A stretch of 64,000 nt of DNA from Octopus sinensis (lineage: Eukaryota), in NCBI RefSeq assembly GCF_006345805.1, contig NC_043015.1, forward strand, positions 53,010,001 through 53,074,000. The letters run 5' to 3'. Position 1 is the first letter of the stretch. Each line of letters begins with the position of its first letter. Both the position numbers and the translations under genes were made by a program. This document shows, in pieces, positions 39,981 through 51,620 of the stretch. The notes under the pieces are model-generated. The model saw only the letters and a program-made list of their open reading frames with translations. It did no database searches and was not told where the DNA came from.

Positions 39981-40348
39981 TAATGATAAATCTCAGAGCG
40001 AGTTATAAACAGTAGCGGTAACACATCGTGATGCACATATGCCCATAAGGGTGGATGTGAGTTTGTGGGAGGTGTGTGTAAATGTGTACGGGGGTGGAAT
40101 TAAAAGAGGTGGAGAATTGAGACCATGACGTACTGACGAACGGAGGGAGGAAAATAATTTCCATGCTACGTATATCCAAGCAATATATGTAAAGCATCAA
40201 AGTCTTTCGTCTCTTAATCATATAAATACACAAATACACACACATACTGAAACACGCGCGCGTACACACACACACACACACACACCTCCCACATTAGCAT
40301 CCACCCTTATGGGTTAGCCATATTCAAATGGCATATGTGCATCACGAT
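39981..40348. mobile_element. Second fold-back family copy, with captured local sequence inside
   Basis: Leader TAATGATAAAT..ACAGTAGCGGTAACAC and arms ATCGTGATGCACATATGCC / GGCATATGTGCATCACGAT. Confidence 0.8.
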
Positions 40349-40946
40349 ATATATATGTAATATATTATATTAGAGTCGAGGTATAAGCTCCATAAAAATA
40401 TATCCACAGTATCATTAAATTCTAACATGTTATTGCAGTGTAATAAATATGGATGAAATAAACTTGTATGCATATAAATAAAATCACCTAAAGCGATAGT
40501 TGAGACCGACATATTTGAAACACAGAGAAGCACACATTTTTACCTATGGTTCGTAATCTGTTCTCGACAGCTGTTTCAACGGTATAAAAAAACGTCCATA
40601 GCGTTTATTATTATGACTCATGTGTAAAATTTGTGCCTCGGCAAAACCAAGGGCTGGAACCAGAGAAAGATTGAATATACCAAGCTAACGAGTGTGTAAT
40701 CACTGCGGGTGCTTGATCTAGTAAAAATAGCAGCTAATTTTTATCACCTTCTATTTACAACTTACTTTGTTAAAAACATCATGTGCACACTGGAAAATGC
40801 AGTTTTAGATGCACTAAGTTTGAATTACAGATGGAATGTTCACAGCTGGAAAACTTTTGATCATTTGTCTGGTCCATGACGGTTCACCTGGAACTAAACA
40901 ACAGAAATATGTGTGTGCCTGTATTATATGAATGTATACATGCATG

Positions 40947-41000
<54 letters not shown>

Positions 41001-41277
41001 CAGCATGTTTATGAACATACATGTATACATATATGTATATGATGATGATAATGATGATCGCTGTATGTTTATGAAGAGCTGGGTTCATTAGTCACCAGTG
41101 GAGCCACAAGTGTAAAGTTTTATTTTGTCTGAGTGCACAATGTTCTTATTGGTCAGTGGTGTGTGTTTATATATACATACATACATACATACACACACAT
41201 ATATATATATATATATATACATGCATACATACATACACATATACATATATATGTTTATATACATATGCATATATATA

Positions 41278-41327
<50 letters not shown>

Positions 41328-41859
41328 ATACATATGCACATATATTACATATGCATATATATATATGCATATGTATACAAATATGTATGTAAATATATAT
41401 ATATATGTATGTGTGTATATATATACTTACATATACATACATATCTATGTTTATTTAAAAATGGATACGTGCATATAGGTAAATATGTAAATATATGTAT
41501 ATATGCATCTAATGCAGTGTATGTGTATGTATGTATGTATGTATGTATGTATGTATGTATAGATAGATAGAGAGAGAGAGAAAGAGATAGATAGAAAGAG
41601 AGATCTGACAGCACCAGCGTTGTGATGATGATGATGATGATGATGATGCGATAATATTACCGGTGCTGTTATTGTTGATGCCATCGAGAGACAGTTGTTG
41701 ATAAATTTTTCACTGCTCTATCCTTCATCGTCTGTTGAAATATTCATTAAACAGGTTAGCATGTGAACATGCCATTTAGTTTAGTTCCAGTAGATTTCCG
41801 CTCCTGAACCTACGCAGCGGTATATACGCTATTAACAAACACAGGTAGTATGATAGTGG

Positions 41860-42230
41860 TCACTCGATCTACTAGAAACAGCAGCCAAATCTCCTTCACT
41901 TTACTCTGTCTCGTTCAAATGAAGGACGTGCTGGATATGGTCTTAGCTGGAATGTTTGTGATCCCAGCGCTTCTTAATCAGGCTTGGAGACTAAACAAAA
42001 TATCGAGAATATTGCTAGAAATAGCAGCCAAATCTTCCAGAAATCTCACCTGGCTGTCTTCATAAAAGAATACATTAGATATCAAACTCATTTTGTTGTA
42101 TGACTACAATAAAAGACAGGATTGTCACCGGAGGAATGACTTTAACCAAAGATCTCTTCGATCAGGGTTTACCTTGGACTAAACGGCAACATCGACAGCA
42201 GTCATTCAGCCTATAAACTATTCCTTCTCT
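41860..42230 (+). mobile_element. Dispersed repeat family marked by CTAGAAATAGCAGCCAAATCT
   Basis: Motif at ~41872 and ~42015; diverged reverse-complement copies near 3180, 10790, 26570, 36040, 50765 and 53965. Confidence 0.6.
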
Positions 42231-42434
42231 TGCCTCAGAGCGATCTTTTCCTCATTTAATAGCCATTGGTTAATCCACATTACTCCCTATGGAGAGCAGG
42301 GCCTGTTTCTCCAGCTCAGGGCTGGGGAAACTTTTTAGTGCGGCGGGCAAAAATTTCCAAAAGAAAAAGAAAAAAGGTCCGCGGCGGATCACGATTTCTA
42401 ACTTTTATATCTGTGTAAATCTTGTATATATCTA

Positions 42435-42998
42435 CACAGACATGCAGGAAGTAAATAGACACCTTTAATTTTCATAATCTTTTATTTAATGTTGGTTGAA
42501 GGAGAGGTTTTCCTCCAGCTGCTCGTCCGTAATGCTCAACCTTATGCAGATATGTAACACGCGTTCTTGGACTAACTTCTAGCTGTTTTGCAATGTCTGA
42601 AGCCTTCGAACGGAGTTCATTTTCCACAATTCTCTTCAAACAGCAAAGCTTCGATTCTGAGGGCCCAGGTCGGCCGGGACGAGAATCTGTTGATTCTTTT
42701 CCTTGGCTTTTGAATTGCACTATAATTCTATTAACGTAGCAAGAGGAATTTGAAGATTTTCGGCAATTTTTCGCTGGCTAAGACCAGCCTCAGATTGCCC
42801 AACAATATGACCTCTTTGAAAATCTGACAGTTCTGCTGAAATTTTTGTGCGAGGCATGGTTACTCTTCGCAAATGTTTAATATAATGGCACTAAAGAATA
42901 ATTACATTGTAAATTCTACACCGCTGAAAACATATTAAGACGCTTAGATCAGAAATTTTGAAAATTAAAGGTGTCTATTTACTTCCTGCATGTCTGTG
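42435..42998 (-). mobile_element. Internally deleted Tc1-like transposon
   Basis: Perfect 40-bp TIRs CACAGACATGCAGGAAGTAAATAGACACCTTTAATTTTCA, TA on both flanks; minus ORF RPGRP..LKRIVEN..KASDIAKQL..YLHK..YGRAA..KPLL (Tc1 HTH region). Confidence 0.9.
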
Positions 42999-43132
42999 TA
43001 TGTATAATTCAAGATACATTAATAAAGATAAGTTTAACACATCAAATTAACGCGTAACATCTTCATTAACGACGCCAATGAATTTAGGACCTTTATATCA
43101 CATATGAGGTGTTCTATATTTTTCAGCTAGTA

Positions 43133-43525
43133 AGGCGACGAGCTGGCAGAAACGTTAGCACGCCGGGCGAAATACGTTGCCGTATTTCGTCTGTCATTAC
43201 GTTGTGAGTTCAAATTCCGCCGAGGTCGACTTTGCCTTTCATCCTTTCGGGGTCGATTAAATAAGTACCAGTTACACACTGAGGTCGATATAATCGACTT
43301 AATCCGTTTGTCTGTCCTTGTTTGTCTTCTCTGTGTTTAGCTCCTTGTGGGTTGTAAAAAATAGGTATTTCGTCTATCTTTATATTCTGAGTTCAAATTC
43401 CACCGAGGTCGACTTTGCCTTTCATCCTTTCGGGATCGATAAATACGAGTTGCGTACTAGGGTCGATCTAATCGACTGGCTCCTTCATCCAAAATTTCGG
43501 GCCTTATGCCTAGAGTAGAAAAGTA
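43133..43525 (+). mobile_element. SINE family B, head plus two body modules
   Basis: AAGGCGACGAGCTGGCAGAAACG head; body restarts after AAATAGGTATTTCG. Confidence 0.85.
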
Positions 43526-44371
43526 TGTTTTTCAACTAGAGTGTAGTTGGGTCTCAAGGGGGTGGTACAAACCTAGCAATATGTGTTTTATAGTGAAAAC
43601 AAAATTTCCATTCAAATGGCAATTACCGGACAATTTTCTGTTGGAGTTTGACCGTTTGGAAACGCGACCTATATCGCAAATAGGCATAAAAGTATTGTAT
43701 AAATTTTATGACTGAAAAATTGACTATATTTTGTACATATGAGTATGCAAGCCTGTGGGCGCAATAAAATGGGCACACGAGCGCAATTGCGCTCAGGGGT
43801 TTCTCCACTCCTGCTCTAACGTATATATTCCTCTCTGGACGGGATACCAGTCTATTGCAGGATTATTCACTTTTACCAGCTGAGTAGACTAGAGTAACAT
43901 GAAATGAAGTGTTTTACTCAAGAAAACAACCTCTCGCACGGTCCAGGAATCGAAACCACTATCCTAGGATCAGGAGTCCAACACCTTAACCACTAAGCCA
44001 TGTACCTCCTCACTAACAACCATTACTATTAAGAAGTTTCTCGTTTTATGTTTCATTGTTTTTTTTTTTTTCGTTTAACGTTAATAATTCATGTAAGAAT
44101 ATTTTATAGACCAAATGAAAGAAGATAGTAGATGCGTGCTATTTACAAAATAATGCGGCTTTTCAGAATTTCTGAATAACATGATGGTCGCTGACATTGT
44201 GTATAAAAACCAAAATAAACAAAAGCACGATGTAAACTGATCTGTGGTTTAGTAATAGGTTTGCTGGAATGGTTTACGAGATAACTTACTAAAATGGCAC
44301 GCAAGAATTAGCTGATGCCATCCATTGGTTGAGGACTTCACTATAATAGTTTTTTGTTTTTTTTTACAATA

Positions 44372-44735
44372 GATTGCTAAAATCGTTTGCTGCAGAAATT
44401 TGCTTCAAATGTTTGCTACAATAGTTTAATTAAAGTGTTTACTACAATGGTTTGATGAAATGGTTGGCTAGAGTAGTTTATTAAAATGGTTTGCTACAGC
44501 TATTTGTTGAAAGACTTTGCTACAATGGTTTGCTACAAATGTTTACTAAGATGGGTTGCTACAGCAGTTTGCTACAATAGTCTGATAAAATGATTTCCTA
44601 CGATGGTTTGATGTAATGGTTTAGTAGAGTAGTTTGCTAAAATGGTTTTCTACAATGGTTTACTACAAATATTTGCTAAGATGGTTTGATATAGCAGTTT
44701 GCTTCAAATGTTTGCTATAATAATTTGACAAAATT
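44372..44735. repeat. Degenerate 13-bp minisatellite (TTTGCTACAATGG-like)
   Basis: Roughly 27-28 diverged units read directly. Confidence 0.8.
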
Positions 44736-44739
44736 ATTA

Positions 44740-45240
44740 AAGAACGTAAAGACAGCTGAAATACTGCTAAGCATTTTGCCAGGCATGCTAACGTCTTATT
44801 TCTTTATTGCTCACAAAGAGCTAAACATAGAGGGGACAAACAAGGACAGACAAACGGATTAAGTCGATTACATTGACCCCAATACGTAACTGGTACTTAA
44901 TTTATCGACCCCGAAAGGATGAATGGCAAAGTCGACCTCGGCGGAATTTGAACTCAGAACGTAACGGCAGACGAAACATCGCTAAGCATTTCTCCCGGCG
45001 TGTTAACCACTCTGCCAGCTCGCCGCCTTTAACAGAAAGTATTCATTTCTACTCTAGGCACAAGGCCCGAAATTTTGGGGGAGGGGACAGTCGATTGGAT
45101 CGACCTCAGTACGCAGCCGGTACTTAATTTATCGACCCCGAAAGGATGAATGGTAAGTCGACCTCAGCAGATTTTGAACTCAGAATGTAAAGAAAGACGA
45201 AATACTGCTAAGCATTTCGCCCGGCGTGCTAACGTTTCTG
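44740..45240 (-). mobile_element. SINE family B tandem copies
   Basis: Reverse-complement bodies and heads at ~44780, ~45025 and ~45240. Confidence 0.8.
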
Positions 45241-45445
45241 TCTTGCAAATATAAATATTAAAATATACACACACACATACACACGCACTCTTTCTCTCTC
45301 TCTATCTCTCACACACACACACGCACGCACACACACACACACACACACACAACACACACACACACACACTCTTTCTCTCTCTCACACACGCACACACACG
45401 CACACACACACACACGCACACACACGCACACACACACACGCACAC

Positions 45446-45503
<58 letters not shown>

Positions 45504-46510
45504 ATGCGCGCGCATATATTACGGCGCTGCCAAGAATAGCTTTCTGTGCCCTGAAGAAGTCCAGAAGTAGACAAATTTAATCATTAGACCTTGAGACGAT
45601 CTTGGCGTCTTCTCAAAGTCTTTTTGCTTTGTAGTCTTGTATAAAACAAACGACAAAAGTCGCTTTTGTGTGTGTGTGTGTGTATGTGTGTGTATTTGTG
45701 TTTTTGCGTGTTTCTCAGTGTATGTCAATGTGCGTGTGTTTGTTGTGGGCCAGTGTGTATTTGCGTGTATGTGTGTACAAATGTGTGTGTGTGTGCCAGT
45801 ATATATGTGTGTGTGTATGTATGTGTGTATCTGTCAGTGAATGGAAGTGTATATTTGTGTGTGTGTATGTGTGCATATGTGTGTGTGTGCATATGACTAT
45901 GTGTGCGTATGAGTGTGTGTGCGTATGAGTGTGTGTGTGCATTTAAGTGTGTGCGTGCGTATGAGTGTGTGTCTATGCGTACGAGTGCGTGAGTGTGTGC
46001 GTATGTGTGTGTGTGCGTATGAATGTGTGTGTGCGTATGTGTGTGTATGAGTGTGTGCGTATGTGTGTATGAGTGTGTGCGTATGAGTGTGTGTGTATGA
46101 GTGTGTGTGTGTTTGTCTGTAACCACTCTACTCAGTTGTTTGTATGTTGAGTGAAGACTCTTGGGGTAAGCTTTCATTTGGTCACTTCTAAAAGCAACGA
46201 TGAAAATGCATTTCCGTCAAAAACAAAAATCAATGAAGTGGATCAGAGGGACGCGATTGGGGATGTTGTGGCTTTTATAAGTACACTTACTCTTTCGCTT
46301 GTTTCAGTAATTAGATGCGGCCATACTGGAGCACTGCCTTGTCGGGGCAGTCGGACAAATCGACGCCTGTACTTCTTTTTCAAGTATCGTACTTATTCTG
46401 CTGGTCTCTTGTGATGAACCGTTAAGTCACACAGTTCTATATTTAAGAGATGAGGAATTATGTACATCATTTACATTTGACGGATATTTGTCCTCATCTT
46501 TTTTGTTGTT

Positions 46511-46556
46511 AACACAAAGTTTCGGCTGATCTACCCTCCAGCCTTCATCAGGTGTC
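46511..46556 (-). ncRNA. Minimal type I hammerhead motif, left arm
   Basis: GACAC CTGATGA A GGCTG GAGGGTAGAT CAGCC GAAA CTTT GTGTT. Confidence 0.7.
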
Positions 46557-46846
46557 TTGGAGAAATTTCGAACCTGGGTTCTCATTCCTTTGGTATTTTT
46601 CGTTGTTGTTGTTATTATTATTCATGTCACTGCCCGGAATCGAACACAGAATCATGGGGTTAGTAGCCCGCGCTCTTAACCACTACGCCATATGCCCGTT
46701 GGCATATAGTGCAGTGGTTAAGAGCGCGGGCTACTAACACTAAGATCCCGAGTTCGATTCCAGGCAGTGACCTGAATAATAATAATAACAACAACAACAT
46801 CGACAAATACCTTAGGAATGAGAACCAAGGTTCGAAATTTCCCCAA

Positions 46847-46892
46847 GACACCTGATGAAGGCTGGAGGGTAGATCAGCCGAAACTTTGTGTT
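46847..46892 (+). ncRNA. Minimal type I hammerhead motif, right arm
   Basis: Identical to the left-arm motif: stem I GACAC/GTGTT, stem II GGCTG/CAGCC, conserved CUGAUGA and GAAA. Confidence 0.7.
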
Positions 46893-47010
46893 AACAACAA
46901 TGATGAGGACAAATATCCGTCAATTGCAAATAATGTAAATAATGTGCTTAAGTTACAGGTATGTAAACCAACCAGCACCGGTTGTTAAGCGGCTGGCAGA
47001 ACACACACTA

Positions 47011-47055
<45 letters not shown>

Positions 47056-47803
47056 GTGTGCTGTTCATTTGTCGATAGAATAAATTTTAAAAAGTACTCG
47101 CTTCAGCGAGAAGTGAATATCATTTGATGATATACGTGAGCTATTTCAAGTTTCAGGTTCGGATTGTGCAGTAACCGGACTGGTTTGTATAGTGTACCGT
47201 ACTCAATCTGGCAATCGTTTCCAACCAGAAATTGCTGGCCGTGTGCAAAAATTTAAGACTATTATTATTATTATTATTTTATTATTATTATTATTTTATT
47301 ATTATTATCATTATTATCATTATTGTGATTGGAAAAAATCATCAGAGATTCGGAGAAAATATGCGATTTTCATCCGTCTATTTACCTTCACTTTTTAAAT
47401 CCCTCCAATGTCACCGTTGCTTTTCCCCCCTCCACTCCACGGAGTTCGATAAAATAAAGTTACAGTCAAGTACTGGGGTCGATGGCACGGACAAACCCCC
47501 TCCTCTAGATTTCAGGCCTTGCACCAATTTTACAAATTACTCGCATTGTTGTTGAACAGAATTGTTAGAGCGTCGGAAAAAAATTCTTTAAGTTTTATTT
47601 CGGGCTTTATTTTTACCTTCTGAGATCAGTTATGCCCTTCATTCAACCGGGCCCCATAAAATAAATATCAGTCAAGTATCAATGCTGATGATATCCACCA
47701 ACTCCTTCCTTTATATTTCAAGTATTGTTCCTCTACTACTACTACTACTATGACCACCACCATCACCACCACCACCACCACCACCACCACCACCACCACC
47801 ACC

Positions 47804-47873
<70 letters not shown>

Positions 47874-47874
47874 G

Positions 47875-47912
<38 letters not shown>

Positions 47913-48643
47913 GTAATATTGACCTCTAGCAATTTGTAGTAGAGAGTAAGTCGATTACATTGGCCCCAGTGCTCAACTGCTACCTATTTTATCTGCTCGC
48001 GAAAGGATGAAAGACAAAGTCGACCACGGCGGAATTTGAACTCAGAACATAGAGACAGACGAAATTCCGCTAAGCATTTCGCCCGGCGTGCTAACGTTTC
48101 TGCCAAGCACGTCGCCTTATTACTTTCAAATATTCTTTTCTACTCTAGGCACAAGGCCCGAAATGCTTGGGGAGTGGGCCAGTCGATTAGATCGACTCCA
48201 GTATGCAACTGGTACTTAATTTATCGACCCCGAAAGGATGAAAGGTAAAGTCGACCTAGGCTGATTACTTTCTAATATTGGAGCAGGAATGTGATCTCTG
48301 TGTTAGCGTCCAAGGGAGATAATTTATGCGGGTTTAAAAGATGGACTTTATTTACTGCAGAATATTAGCGGAATTCTATAAATTTATTGTGGGAATGGAT
48401 TAATTCAGTTGAATCAATGCAAAACGTATCGATACTTATTTGATCGATCTCATATCGATACATGATAAAGTCAACGTCAGCAAAATTTGAAATTAAAATT
48501 GTGACATATATACAAATCTTCTGTCTATGAAGTATGTATGTATCTATATATGTACGTGTCTGTGTGCGCATACGTATATGTGTCTGCGTATGTATATATA
48601 TGTATACACACACAGAGATATACATATGTATGTATGTCTCTTC

Positions 48644-49011
48644 GTGGCACTCCGTCGGTTGTGACGATGAGGGTTCCAGTTGATCCGATCAACGGAACAG
48701 CCTGCTCGTGAAATTAACGTGCAAATGGCTGAGCACTCCATAGATGCGTGTACCCTTAACATACTTCTCGGGGAGATTCAGCGTGGCATAGAGTATGACA
48801 AGGTCGGCCATTTGAAATACAGGTACAACAGAAACAGGAAGAAAGAGTGAGAGAAAGTTGCAGTGAAAGAGTACAGCAGGGTTCGCCACCACCCAACTTC
48901 TGAAGCCTTGTGGAGCTTTTAGGTGTTTTCGCTCAATAAGCACTCACAATGCCCAATCTAGGATTCAAAACCGCGAGTCCGTTGCCCTAACCACTGGGCC
49001 ATTGTGCCTCC
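48644..49011 (-). mobile_element. tRNA-headed SINE family C
   Basis: Minus-strand head GGAGGCACAATGGCCCAGTGGTTAGGGC; body matches 54192-54586. Confidence 0.85.
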
Positions 49012-49172
49012 ACCGTGTATGTATATTCGTATATATATATATATATATATCCGTACACACACACACATACACACATTTAATGATTTTATCCAATTATTCA
49101 ATCTGACGCGCGCCATCCTGTCTATCGCTATATTCTAATTTTGAAACACTACAAAATAAATAAATAAATATA

Positions 49173-49207
<35 letters not shown>

Positions 49208-51225
49208 ATGAATAAAAAGCAACAAGGATTGCATTCAAGATTTTCTTTGTATTTTAATCTTAATCAATTCCACAGGCTTGGTAAAAAAATAAAATAAAAG
49301 TGCAGATTAAAATGTCGAAATTTATTAAAAGATGAGATGCAACGTGAAATGATGTCGACGCACAGAAAATGAACAACAGAAAGGAAAATTGAAGTTGAAT
49401 GTCATTGTATCTTCTTGTCTCTGAGTAGCTTCTGTCTCTTGATGGTGGCCATCTAGAGGCACCGCCTTGGAGAGCATAGGCTGCTACTTATTTTATTAGT
49501 CTCTCAGCCGACCGCTAAGTTACGGGGACGCAAACAAACCAACATCGGTTGCTGAGCAGTAGGGCGCGACAGAAACAAAAACGCACAATCATACACACAT
49601 ACATGCATACATACATACATACATACATACATACACACACATACATACCTCATACATACATACATTCATACATACATACATACGTACGTACATATATACG
49701 TACGTACATACATACGTAAGTACGTACATACATACGTACATACATACGTACATACATACGTGCATACATACGTACGTACATACATGCATACGTACATTCA
49801 TACGTACATACATGCATATGTACATTCATGCATACGTGCATGCATGCATGCATACATACATGCATACGTACATACATGCATACGTACATACATACGTAAA
49901 TACTTGCATACGCACATACTTGCATACGTGCGTACATACATGCATACACACATACGTACACACATACGTGCATACATACCTCATACGTGCATACATACTT
50001 CATACATACCTTATACATACATACATGCATACCTCATACATATACTAACACATGCATACATACTTGCATACATACATGCATACATATATACATACATAAT
50101 GTATGTGTGTGTGTGTGTGTATGTCCCGACAACCACTTGACGACCGGTATTAATGTGTTTACGTCCCTCTTATCAGTTATGCAAAAGAGATCAATAGAAG
50201 AATGAGTCTTTAAAATCAGTCAACTTGAAATTCTTCAAACCGGTGCCCCAGCTCGGCCGCAGTCAAATTGCTGGAACAAGCATAAAAGAAGGATTAAACC
50301 TTGTGAGTGGATTTGGTAGACGGAAACTTAAAGAAGCGCGTCGTATATATTTGTGTGTGTGTGTGTGTGTGTTTGTATGTGTGTCTGTGCACCCCCATTA
50401 TCGCTTGATAACCGATGTTGGTGTGTTTACCTCCCTATAACAAAGCGATTCGGCAAAAGAGACAGTTAGAATAAGTACCAGGCTTACAAAGAATAAGCCC
50501 TGCAGTCGATTTGCTCGACTAAAGGCAATGCTCCAGCATGGCCGCTGTCAAATGACTGAAACAAATAAAAGAATTGTACCCTGGGCCCAGTTATGTGTAG
50601 TAGTACTGGTTGCCAATCCCTGGTCAGCTCTGATTGAGCAGAAACTTGATGAAAAACGTTCCAACCAGAGCCACCTCTTCTTTCTAGCTATGACACCTTT
50701 ATTCACCGAGTCATTCAATGTGTTTTTAATCTTGTAGCGGAGGATGTTGATTTTAGGATATTTGACTGCTATTTCTAACTTGTCAGTCGACCGACAGCGC
50801 AGTTAAGAACAGTGTATGGAAACTTTGCTTACAGTGATAGGTAAAAAGCCACGGAGGCACTAGCGTAGCTCGAGTGTGTGTCACCTCTTTGCCGCTCTCA
50901 GGCCCCACAAAAATCACATTGCCTACAGCAGACCCAAAAGTCCCATCCGAAGTGGCCCTTCCGTTTGCCTACAACAGACCCAAAGGTGCTGCCTGGGGCA
51001 GACCGCCTCTATCACCCCCGCTCCATCATCCCCGCTCCATCATAGGTACGTTGCTATATGGAAGTTTGATTAATTGAAGTATTTGCTGTGTAGTTGGTGT
51101 TAAATGGTGCCTGTAGCTGCTGCATATCTGGTATTAGAGGTGTGTTAAACGTGAATCTACCTAGGCTTGTTTCGTCAAGATGTGCAATCAACACATTCAC
51201 AGATAGTGATGGAAGGTGCAGTGAA

Positions 51226-51620
51226 AGGCGGCAAGCTGGCAGACATGTTAGCACGCCGGGCGAAATGCATAGCAGTATTTCATCTGCCGTTACGTTCTGA
51301 GTTCAAATTCCACCGAGGTCGACTTGCCTTTCATCCTTTCGGGGTCGATTAAATAAGTACCAGTTACGCACTGGTGTCGATATAATCGACTTAGTCCGTT
51401 TGTCTGTCCTTGTTTGTCCTCTCTGTGTTTAGCCCCTTGTGGGTAGTAAAGAAATAGGTATTTCGCCCGTCGCTACGTTCTGAGTTCAAATTTTGCCGAG
51501 GTCGACTTTGCCTTTCATCCTTTCGGGGTCGATAAATTAAGTACCAGTTACGCACTGGGGTCGATGCGGTTGACTTAATCCCTTCGTCTGTCCTTGTCTG
51601 TCCCTTCTTGTGGGCAATAA
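51226..51620 (+). mobile_element. SINE family B, head plus two modules
   Basis: AAGGCGGCAAGCTGGCAG head; restart after AAATAGGTATTTCG. Confidence 0.85.

Larger units (their letters stand above)
42317..43813. mobile_element. Possible old hAT-like element hosting nested insertions
   Basis: Ends CAGGGCTGGGGAAAC and reverse complement CAGGAGTGGAGAAAC; flanks only partly match (CTCCAGCT vs CTCTAACG). Confidence 0.4.
46431..46944. mobile_element. Head-to-head palindromic element: each arm is a tRNA-like head, an (AAT/AAC)n linker and a hammerhead tail
   Basis: Arms 46431-46696 and 46701-46944 around a 4-nt centre; A/B boxes face outward; candidate TSD TTAAGT(C/T)AC at 46422-46430 and 46948-46956. 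Confidence 0.85.

Noticed and set aside
45545-45590. CTGAAGAAGTC..GACAAAT motif
   Set aside because: The GAAA core lacks its G and no stem I pairing is found.
46680-46775. Heads of the palindrome (and other SINE heads) as genuine tRNA genes
   Set aside because: A and B boxes are present but acceptor and anticodon stems pair poorly, there is no oligo-T terminator, and they run into repeat bodies.
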